NCBI GenBank assembly: GCA_018401755.1
Contig: JAGYKJ010000003.1
Location: forward strand, 80,599 to 144,598
Direction: 5' to 3'
Source: Litorivicinus sp.
Lineage (GTDB): Bacteria > Pseudomonadota > Gammaproteobacteria > Pseudomonadales > Litorivicinaceae
Length of the DNA: 64,000 nt
Part shown: in pieces, positions 18,953-26,388 of the stretch
Numbering within the stretch: the stretch's first letter is position 1
How the letters are laid out: each line of letters opens with the position of its first letter
The notes under the pieces: generated by a model
What the model was told of the DNA's origin: nothing
What the model saw: only the letters and a program-made list of their open reading frames with translations
The model's database searches: none
Made by a program: the position numbers and the translations under genes

Positions 18953-19480
18953 ATGGCGCGATTGTTTTACCTGTGTGGCCCTTCTGGCGCGGGTAAAAAC
19001 GCGGTCATGGCAGAGGCCTGTCGTCTGGATCCAGCACTCCGGTGTGCGCGCCGCTCAATTACCCGTCCATCAGATCCCTCGGAAGCGGTAGAAACGCTGT
19101 CGACGGCTGAGTTTGCGGATGCAGTTCACGATAATGCATTCCTCTGGTGGTGGACCGCGAACGGCTTGTCTTATGGGATTCGGCATCACCAATGCCTGGG
19201 TCCGGGCACTGTCCTCATCAATGGCAGTCGAGCGTATTGGCCCGACGCCAAGTCGCAAACGCCTGATGTCCGTTTGATCCTCTTGACCGTGGATCCAGAC
19301 GTATTGTCTGAGCGCTTAATTATGCGAGGACGTGAGTCTGACGCTGCGATCGAGGCGCGTTTGATGCGCAATCACAGCGTGCAGACGACAGCATTGCTTG
19401 AGGACGCGTGGTTGGTTTTAGACAACACTCATGCGCTGTCAGATGTGGCACAGACCTTGGTGAGGGCATTGCAATGTTGA
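18953..19480 (+). CDS. phnN: ribose 1,5-bisphosphate phosphokinase PhnN
   Basis: P-loop LCGPSGAGKN at the N-terminus of a ~175-aa guanylate-kinase-like protein. Start set to ATG 18953, 1 nt after the phnM stop. Confidence 0.85.
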   Translation: MARLFYLCGPSGAGKNAVMAEACRLDPALRCARRSITRPSDPSEAVETLSTAEFADAVHDNAFLWWWTANGLSYGIRHHQCLGPGTVLINGSRAYWPDAKSQTPDVRLILLTVDPDVLSERLIMRGRESDAAIEARLMRNHSVQTTALLEDAWLVLDNTHALSDVAQTLVRALQC

Positions 19481-20229
19481 TTCGGTTGCTGGGAACGGGG
19501 AATGCGGCACAGATACCGGTGTTTGGGTGTGACTGCAGAGTATGTGCGAGAGCGCGGGTTGATGAGCGCTATCGGCGACGACCCAGTTCCGCGGAGATTG
19601 TCACCTCGATGGGCCGGTATTTGCTGGATGCAGGTCGAACAGATCTTGCGCAGTGGTTGGATCCATCGGTGTTACGTGGCGTGATCCTGACCCACTATCA
19701 CATGGATCATGTGGAGGGGTTGTTTCATCTCCGCTGGGGCCCGCTGGCGCCGATTCCGGTGTATGGGCCGCCCGATGAAACAGGTGCTGACGACCTATTC
19801 ACACACCCCGGATGCTTTGATTTTAGTCATCAGCTCACGCCCTATGAGCCGACCGTGATTTCGCAGGAATTGACCGTGACCCCAATCCCATTGAAGCACT
19901 CCCGGCTGTGCTTTGGCTATGTATTAGAGGGGCGACGGGAGTCTGTTGCCTATCTATCAGACTGTGATGGTGTCGGTCCCCGCAGTCTTGACACACTGCA
20001 ACGCGCCAAGCCCAAGGCAGTGATTGTTGATTGCACCTATCCCCCAGGGATGGGGCGCAACCACTTCAGTCTCGATCGTGCCCTTGAATTTGCCGCGACG
20101 CTTGCTGCGCCCCGTGTCTACCTCACGCACATTGGTCATGGGCTGGAACAGCATTTGATCGACCATCCATTGCCGCTCGAGGGGCCCGTGAGTGTCGCCA
20201 GTGATGGCATGACGCTGTCAGTCGAGTAA
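19474..20229 (+). CDS. phnP: phosphoribosyl 1,2-cyclic phosphate phosphodiesterase PhnP (metallo-beta-lactamase fold)
   Basis: Cys-rich N-terminus FGCDCRVCARA and the MBL motif THYHMDH. Start set to ATG 19474 (MLIRLLGTGNA), overlapping phnN by 7 nt. Confidence 0.85.
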   Translation: MLIRLLGTGNAAQIPVFGCDCRVCARARVDERYRRRPSSAEIVTSMGRYLLDAGRTDLAQWLDPSVLRGVILTHYHMDHVEGLFHLRWGPLAPIPVYGPPDETGADDLFTHPGCFDFSHQLTPYEPTVISQELTVTPIPLKHSRLCFGYVLEGRRESVAYLSDCDGVGPRSLDTLQRAKPKAVIVDCTYPPGMGRNHFSLDRALEFAATLAAPRVYLTHIGHGLEQHLIDHPLPLEGPVSVASDGMTLSVE

Positions 20230-20241
20230 GGGCTCGCGACG

Positions 20242-20281
20242 CTGTCACAAAACTGTCATGATTTCTTCATCGAAGTGTCGT
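20242..20281 (+). promoter_or_regulatory. Pho-box array upstream of olsB
   Basis: CTGTCAC-AAAA-CTGTCAT-GATT-TCTTCAT-CGAA-GTGTCGT. The first two repeats are a near-perfect match to the CTGTCAT-N4-CTGTCAT consensus and end 38 nt upstream of the ATG at 20298. Confidence 0.7.
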
Positions 20282-20297
20282 AAGGCCTTCATAGACT

Positions 20298-21116
20298 ATG
20301 ATGAATAGGCTAGAGCTGGAGAAGTCATTGTCAGAACTCAACCGTAGTCAGGGATTTTCGGTACGTTTGGCAACCACAGCCGCTGATGTTGAGAAGACCC
20401 AACGTCTTCGTTACGACATTTTTGCGCGAGAAATGGGTGCGACGGTGCAAACTTCTCAGCCTGGCGTGGAGTGGGATGTCTTTGATGCGCACTGTGAACA
20501 CCTGCTGGTTGAAGAGCTCGCCAGTGGTCGTGTGATCGCCTCGACGCGTTTATTACGACGTGCCGCAGCAGAACGCATTGGCCAATACTATTCAGAGTCT
20601 GAGTTCAACGCCCCCTTCATTGCTGGATTAGATGGCGAGGTGGTGGAACTGGGGCGAACCTGCGTGCATATCGACTTTCGCTCCGGCGGCGGCATTATGT
20701 TGCTGTGGAGTGGGATCGCACAACTGATGCGCACATGGGAAATCGACTACCTCCTCGGCTGTGCCAGCGTGCCCTGTCGTGACGATGGACAATTAGTACA
20801 TACGTTGATGAACGGGTTTCGGTCGACGCAACTTAGCCCGGAGACACTGCGCGCCGTGCCGCGCGTTCCGGTTGCACACTATGCCGGTGATCATGTGGAT
20901 GGCGCTATTGTGCCTCCGCTACTGAAGGCCTATTTACGGTTGGGTGCTTGGATTTGTGGGGAGCCAAGTCTCGATCGTGAGTTTGGCGTTGCAGACCTCA
21001 TGGTGTTATTGGATATGGAAAATCTCAATCATCGCTATTTCCGGCATTTCCTTGGACGTGAATCTGCCGCTGCGGATCAAGTCGCCTCGCCACGCCGTGC
21101 GCGAGAAACTGCATGA
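20298..21116 (+). CDS. olsB: OlsB-like N-acyltransferase (GNAT / hemolysin-like family), first step of ornithine lipid synthesis
   Basis: QRLRYDIFAREMGA, DVFDAHCEHLLV, ELGRTCV and LLGCASVP are typical of the OlsB / N-acyl amino acid synthase family. It is followed by an overlapping PlsC-type acyltransferase gene. Confidence 0.75.
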   Translation: MMNRLELEKSLSELNRSQGFSVRLATTAADVEKTQRLRYDIFAREMGATVQTSQPGVEWDVFDAHCEHLLVEELASGRVIASTRLLRRAAAERIGQYYSESEFNAPFIAGLDGEVVELGRTCVHIDFRSGGGIMLLWSGIAQLMRTWEIDYLLGCASVPCRDDGQLVHTLMNGFRSTQLSPETLRAVPRVPVAHYAGDHVDGAIVPPLLKAYLRLGAWICGEPSLDREFGVADLMVLLDMENLNHRYFRHFLGRESAAADQVASPRRARETA

Positions 21117-21877
21117 AGTCCCTCGCCGTCTTGCTGCATATGCTGGGTGGCTTACTCACCTTGAAGCGCTTGTTACGGCGCGGTGATCCCCGCTTAATGC
21201 GTCGCCGGATCCAACTGTGGCATCGCAAAGCCCTCCACCTGTTCGGGATTGAGCGAGTATTGGTGGGACAGCTTCCCAAAAGCCCCTGCCTCATTGTCGC
21301 GAATCATTTGTCCTGGCTCGATATTTTGGTGATTGGCTCGATCATGCAGGTCCGTTTTTTGTCAAAGGCTGAGGTGGCAAGCTGGCCGATTGTGGGTCGT
21401 TTGGCGTCCGGTGCGGGAACATTGTTTGTCAACAGGGGCGATCGCCGTTCTGCGGATCGGGCGCTGGCGGATATCGAAGCCGCGCTTCGTGCGGGTGATC
21501 AGGTGGTGGTATTTCCAGAAGGGACCTCAACGCGTGGGCCGATGCCTGTGAAGTTCCGGAGCCGTCTCATCGAAGCCGCCTGTCGAGCTGGTGTGCCTGT
21601 CGTGCCTCTGGCGTTGAGCTATCACGGCCCAGGTAAAGCGTTTGCAAGCTATGCCGGAGACGACGACTTTGTCTCTCATATGTCCCGTGTGATTGCAGCA
21701 CCCTTCATCCGGGCTCGTCTCGCTGTGGGCGAGACGATCGATTCCAGTCAGTCCGCGGCCGAAGTGGCTCGTGTCGCACAGAAAGACGTTGAACTGATGC
21801 TGGCGCCGGTTGTAAGCGTGGGGCAGCCGAGCGTGTCGCTACCCTATGTGCAAGTCACCATGTCTCCGGAAAACTAA
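21113..21877 (+). CDS. olsA: lyso-ornithine lipid O-acyltransferase (PlsC/AGPAT family)
   Basis: HX4D motif NHLSWLD and the FPEGTSTRG motif. The start overlaps the olsB stop (ATGA). Confidence 0.75.
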   Translation: MKSLAVLLHMLGGLLTLKRLLRRGDPRLMRRRIQLWHRKALHLFGIERVLVGQLPKSPCLIVANHLSWLDILVIGSIMQVRFLSKAEVASWPIVGRLASGAGTLFVNRGDRRSADRALADIEAALRAGDQVVVFPEGTSTRGPMPVKFRSRLIEAACRAGVPVVPLALSYHGPGKAFASYAGDDDFVSHMSRVIAAPFIRARLAVGETIDSSQSAAEVARVAQKDVELMLAPVVSVGQPSVSLPYVQVTMSPEN

Positions 21878-22856
21878 CGCGGAGATCCCCCACGACTGTG
21901 CCGTGCGCTGAGCGCACCACGGGTTGACGCATCGCATCAGGTAGCGCACTGATCAGTGGATGCTCACCAATCGCATCCAACAGTGCCACGATCAGTGCCT
22001 CTGATCCTCTCAGCGCGCCATCTTCGCATTTGAGTGCAAAGCCGAGTCCGCGATCAGGAAGAGCGCCGCAGTAGACCCCTTCAGCACCCATTTTGACCTG
22101 GAGGCGTCCCTGTCCGGCGAGTAACAGCGCTGTGTCGATTCGGCCGGTGCCTGCGACCATCCAAGGTGCACTGACTTGCGCACGGAGTAACCGTTGTGCT
22201 GCATCCGCCCAGGGTGCATCGAGTGCGCCCGCGCCGAGTCGGGCAAAGCCATGGGCGAGGGTGCGTAAGGGCAGTGCATAGGTGGGTACTGAGCAACCGT
22301 CAATGCCACAAGGTGCGGTTTCAACCACCGCACCAAAGAGATGCGTCATCACATCGACGATCTGACGTTGGAGTGGGTGATCTCGATCGGTGTATCCGAC
22401 CGTCGGCCAACCCTTGTGGACACAGACACTTAACATCCCTGCGTGCTTTCCGGAACAGCAATGGGTGACTGCGCGAGGTGTCTCACCGCGCGCCGCAGCT
22501 TGCAGACGCAAGGGCTCGGTAAAGGGCCACGAGAGCCCACATTCCAGATCCGCCTCACTGAGTCCCAGGCGTGTTAACCAGTGTAAGACCGTTTGACAGT
22601 GATCTGGTTCGCCGTTGTGTGAGGCGCAGGCGATCGCTAATTCCTCAGTACTGAGTTGGAAGTGATCCGCCGCACCACTTGCGACCAGTGGAAGCCCCTG
22701 TACCCACTTTGCGGCCGAGCGCGGAAACGTGGGGCGATCGATCTGACCAAAGGCAAGCATAATCTCGCCAGATACTGTCATGACCACGCCATGCCCCAGG
22801 TGTCGACTCTCCACATGTCCGCCTCGGGATACTTCCACAGACCAGGGCGCTGTCAT
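21855..22856 (-). CDS. asparaginase-II family protein (PF06089-like)
   Basis: VEVSRGGHVESRH, FPRSAAKWVQ and CSGKHAGML are typical of this family. Start set to ATG 22856 (MTAPW), directly abutting the upstream gene's stop. Confidence 0.75.
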   Translation of the reverse strand: MTAPWSVEVSRGGHVESRHLGHGVVMTVSGEIMLAFGQIDRPTFPRSAAKWVQGLPLVASGAADHFQLSTEELAIACASHNGEPDHCQTVLHWLTRLGLSEADLECGLSWPFTEPLRLQAAARGETPRAVTHCCSGKHAGMLSVCVHKGWPTVGYTDRDHPLQRQIVDVMTHLFGAVVETAPCGIDGCSVPTYALPLRTLAHGFARLGAGALDAPWADAAQRLLRAQVSAPWMVAGTGRIDTALLLAGQGRLQVKMGAEGVYCGALPDRGLGFALKCEDGALRGSEALIVALLDAIGEHPLISALPDAMRQPVVRSAHGTVVGDLRVSFPETW

Positions 22857-23548
22857 TGTGCCATCCTCAAAAAATTGATAATCCAACAATTGAGCTCGGC
22901 TGCGTCAGTTGGTTCAGCCAAGCTCTGGATGGCAGCATCAATGCGGGCATGGTCAATCATCCCGCGTCGCCGTTCTAAGAGCAGCCGCGCGTAGCCCGCA
23001 TCGAACTCAGGGTGTCCCTGCAGCCCCAGTGCAACTCCGGGGATTTCGAACGAAAACTGAGGGCAATAGGGCGCAGACAAGATCGGCAGTGCGCCCTGTG
23101 GTGGCCGCAGTACTTGGTCTTGGTGGCTGACCAATACGCGAACTTCTTTAAATGATTGTGTCATCCAAGGTCGCTCGGTGAGGACATAGACAGATTGATG
23201 TCCGACGCCCCAACCTCCGGGTGCTCGCGCGACTTGACCACCAAAGGCCTGTGCGAGGAGCTGGTGCCCAAAACAAATGCCGGCTAATGGGCGATCGACA
23301 CGACCGACCCACTCGATGAGACGACGTATCCAGAGATCGCTCCCAAATGCATCTGCGCGTGACCCCGAGATTAACGCGGCATCAAACAGATGATCCTCTG
23401 GTAAAGGGCCGGTTAATGCATCCGCATGCAGGATTTCCAGCCGTCGATCAGCACGCAACATGGCACGCTCTAGCATTTGCCCGTATTGTCCATAGGTGCT
23501 GCTGATGGCTGCGCCAACATCATCACAATTGACGATTAAAAGACGCAA
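22853..23548 (-). CDS. class I glutamine amidotransferase domain protein
   Basis: Catalytic Cys context AGICFGHQLLAQAFGG and His/Glu context LQGHPEFD. TTG start with GGAG 8 nt upstream. Confidence 0.8.
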   Translation of the reverse strand: MRLLIVNCDDVGAAISSTYGQYGQMLERAMLRADRRLEILHADALTGPLPEDHLFDAALISGSRADAFGSDLWIRRLIEWVGRVDRPLAGICFGHQLLAQAFGGQVARAPGGWGVGHQSVYVLTERPWMTQSFKEVRVLVSHQDQVLRPPQGALPILSAPYCPQFSFEIPGVALGLQGHPEFDAGYARLLLERRRGMIDHARIDAAIQSLAEPTDAAELNCWIINFLRMAQ

Positions 23549-23583
23549 GACCGAGACTCCTTAGCGATCACCAACGGGGATCC

Positions 23584-24156
23584 TTAGAATAGCACTTCCC
23601 GGAGCCGGGATTGTCGCCCAAAAATAGGACGGAGGAATTCCATCTGATCAGATCGAATCCGATGGGAATTGGTGAGTGCCAAATATTCCGCGTGATTTGG
23701 GGTATAGGGGAGTGCCAACAACTCCATCCCGATTTCATCCAAGAGGCGATTCCCTTTGTGTTGGTTGCAGCGACGACACGCGGTCACCACGTTCATCCAA
23801 TGATCCCGACCGCCGCGTGAGAGTGGCATGACGTGATCGCGGGTGAGTTCTTTATCGAGAAACGCTTTACCGCAGTACAAGCACAGATGTTGATCGCGCC
23901 GAAACAGGGCTGGATTGGTGAGGTTGGGTATGCGATTGGCAAGGTCGTGGATTCGACCATCGCACGCCATAATGGAGTGTAAAATCAGTGTCGTTTGCTG
24001 GCCGGTGAGCCTCGATCGGCCTCCGTGCACTGTCATACAGGGGGAGCCGAGTGTCCAGGCCACCATTCCGCGGGCCTGTAGAGTGACAGCGTCCTGCCAA
24101 TCGAGCCACTCGATTGGGGCGCCAGCGATATTCAATCGAAGAATTCGTTCGCGCAT
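23584..24156 (-). CDS. HNH endonuclease family protein
   Basis: CLYCGKAFLDKELTRDHVMPLSRGGRDHWMNVVTACRRCNQHKGNRL is a complete HNH/zinc motif. Start set to MRERILRL; the ORF-track start is 17 codons upstream. Confidence 0.8.
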   Translation of the reverse strand: MRERILRLNIAGAPIEWLDWQDAVTLQARGMVAWTLGSPCMTVHGGRSRLTGQQTTLILHSIMACDGRIHDLANRIPNLTNPALFRRDQHLCLYCGKAFLDKELTRDHVMPLSRGGRDHWMNVVTACRRCNQHKGNRLLDEIGMELLALPYTPNHAEYLALTNSHRIRSDQMEFLRPIFGRQSRLREVLF

Positions 24157-24252
24157 GGTCCTTCCTACACCATAACGCTGACAGGCTTTTGATGACATTT
24201 CAACCATGTTGATGGGTTATTTGTGACTGCGAAATCAGCCTAGCTGACGCGC

Positions 24253-24963
24253 TTAGGGCATCCCCAGTGGGCGCCCACCATCGAGCGGTAAAATCGATCC
24301 TGTGAGGTAGTCTTGGGTGATCAGGTAGTCGACGGCCCGGATCCCTGCGATGAATCCTGGAACCCGACCGAGTGGGCTCTTCGCGACGGCCTTCTCTCGA
24401 TAGGCTTGGCCATCCTCTGGTCTAAATTCGAGCAGTGCAGGGGTCAGCGCATTGATGCGAAGATTGGGCGCATACTTTTTTGCCAGTGATCGGGTGAGAT
24501 TTAACATGGCTGCTTTGCTTGCCGCATAGGCCATGTGCTGATCGCTCCCACGATGCGCGACATGGTCGCTGATGAGGATCACGCTGGGGTCCTCTCCGCG
24601 GGCCAGATATGGGACCAAGGCTTCGGTTAATAGCATCGGCGCGCTCACATGTATCTGCATCATGCGCATCAGCACCGCATGGTTGTCGATACCAGCCTGA
24701 TCAGCTTCCCACGCGCTGGCATTATGTATGAGCACATCAAGCCGTGGATGTTCCTTGGCAATTTGCTGTGCTGTCAGAAGAACGGCCTGCGGATCGAGTA
24801 AGTCAACCGAGTAACAGGCGACACCAAGGGTGCGCAGGGTTGAGACACTTGGATAGTCGGTTCGATAGGTAATTATTACTTGCCAGCCTAACCTGGTGTA
24901 GTGAGTCGCTAATGAAAGACCCAAACGCGAGGCACCACCAGTGATAAGCATTGTCCGACTCAT
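24253..24963 (-). CDS. folM: short-chain dehydrogenase, FolM-like (dihydromonapterin / pteridine reductase-like)
   Basis: ITGGASRLGLSLATHY...VIITYRTDYPSV resembles the FolM N-terminus. SDR catalytic YxxxK in AYAASKAA. 236 aa. Confidence 0.6.
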   Translation of the reverse strand: MSRTMLITGGASRLGLSLATHYTRLGWQVIITYRTDYPSVSTLRTLGVACYSVDLLDPQAVLLTAQQIAKEHPRLDVLIHNASAWEADQAGIDNHAVLMRMMQIHVSAPMLLTEALVPYLARGEDPSVILISDHVAHRGSDQHMAYAASKAAMLNLTRSLAKKYAPNLRINALTPALLEFRPEDGQAYREKAVAKSPLGRVPGFIAGIRAVDYLITQDYLTGSILPLDGGRPLGMP

Positions 24964-25247
24964 GCAGTCAGATGCTCCGCCTTGATTGGGTCACTCATTT
25001 GAAAGAACGCATGGGTGAGCTGCAGTGGCGATGGCCAATACTGGTGATTTTGGCGCCAGAGACGCTCCGCCTCTTTAATCAGCGGATCGAAGGCTTGGTT
25101 ATAGGGGTGAAACGGATCCAGTGGATCATGTGGAGCAACCTCATCAAGGCCAAGCTCATGTAAACGACGAGCAAACCAGACTTTTAGACGTTGATATTCC
25201 GTGGCATGTCGGGCACGTGCATGCGGCTCTGTCATCACAGAGTACAT
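24960..25247 (-). CDS. hypothetical protein (95 aa)
   Basis: ATG 25247 overlaps the upstream stop as ATGA, and its own stop overlaps the folM-like start by 4 nt. I recognise no motif. The ORF-track start at 25346 lies inside the upstream gene. Confidence 0.5.
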   Translation of the reverse strand: MYSVMTEPHARARHATEYQRLKVWFARRLHELGLDEVAPHDPLDPFHPYNQAFDPLIKEAERLWRQNHQYWPSPLQLTHAFFQMSDPIKAEHLTA

Positions 25248-25705
25248 CACAACCCCCGCATCGATTGATCCAGTTCGACTGGAATGACCGCATCTGTCAT
25301 CCAAAATCCATCGAAGGGGGCATCGGTTTGGCGCGATAGACGCCATAGGTAGCCGGCGACCTGTCCTTGCTCGCCAATCACGATCACTGGAACTGTCATG
25401 CCATCATCTGACCGTTCGGGCTGTCCAATTTGGCGAGATCGATGATTGAGCAAGGGTGCATATTGCGGTTGCGTCACGATCGCTGTGAAATGCCAAAGCG
25501 GGCCGGTCGCGCGCTTGTTTTTCGGGCTTGCAAAATAAAATGCTTGCTCAACGCCAGCGTTGGGGTAGGGCGCATCATTGGTTTGCATCGCAGTTAACAC
25601 CAACTGTACGACCTCTTCAGGCAAATAACGCGCTTCCGGTTCAATGAGTTGAGCGTGCGCGAGCGGGGTAATAAGAAGGCAGATCAATAACATCAGTCGG
25701 CGCAT
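25247..25705 (-). CDS. secreted hypothetical protein (possibly DUF4864-like)
   Basis: Signal peptide MRRLMLLICLLITPLAHAQ. 152 aa. The start overlaps the end of pdeM by 13 nt. Confidence 0.55.
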   Translation of the reverse strand: MRRLMLLICLLITPLAHAQLIEPEARYLPEEVVQLVLTAMQTNDAPYPNAGVEQAFYFASPKNKRATGPLWHFTAIVTQPQYAPLLNHRSRQIGQPERSDDGMTVPVIVIGEQGQVAGYLWRLSRQTDAPFDGFWMTDAVIPVELDQSMRGL

Positions 25706-26388
25706 GGTGAGTCCTCCGCGTCTAATTCTATCGTGGGGGGTGTTCCATCCGGACTCAAGACCTGATCTGCGACAATTGGGTAGCAGGTGACTTGTCTCGG
25801 ATTAAGATCAGAACCACCCGAAAATCGGGTAAATGCTGGGAGCACCAGAGTGTCCTCGTCGATGTACGCGAAACACGGAAAGCGGAGCCGATCTCGACGA
25901 CTTCGATACGTCACCATCGGGTGCATATGGCCGGCGATACGGGGGCGATGGGGGCCTGTACTCTCGGGAAAGTGTGCGAACTCGATTGATTCCCAAGGGG
26001 TTGGATCTGGGTAGGTCTGTAACCCAGCATTGGCGAGCGCTTTTGCGGCAGCTTGATCATGATTCCCAAGGATCACGTGGACGGCTGTTGTGGGGAGGGA
26101 TAGCTCCTGTAGGAAGCGAGCAATATGCGGGCCCAGACCCGCAGGGCTGTGGAGCAAATCACCGAGGATCCAAAGCGTACTCGCGCGGGTGTCCGTAATG
26201 GCTTGGTTCAGCCGGGTCAGGTCATCACGCTCGATCGCATCGCTGATCGGGATTCCAGCGCGCCGAAAGGCATGGCTCTTGGCAAGATGAAGGTCCGCAA
26301 TCACTAAGGTGCGTCGCTCGGGTTGCCAGAGACTGCGATCTGCCCGGGCTATCCAGGTCATCCCACCGAACTCAAGGGTTGTCATCAA
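25693..26388 (-). CDS. pdeM: ligase-associated DNA damage response metallophosphoesterase PdeM
   Basis: Calcineurin-like phosphoesterase motifs VIADLHLAK, ILGDLLH and ILGNHD. It is the last gene of the exonuclease-ligase-helicase set. Confidence 0.8.
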   Translation of the reverse strand: MMTTLEFGGMTWIARADRSLWQPERRTLVIADLHLAKSHAFRRAGIPISDAIERDDLTRLNQAITDTRASTLWILGDLLHSPAGLGPHIARFLQELSLPTTAVHVILGNHDQAAAKALANAGLQTYPDPTPWESIEFAHFPESTGPHRPRIAGHMHPMVTYRSRRDRLRFPCFAYIDEDTLVLPAFTRFSGGSDLNPRQVTCYPIVADQVLSPDGTPPTIELDAEDSPCAD

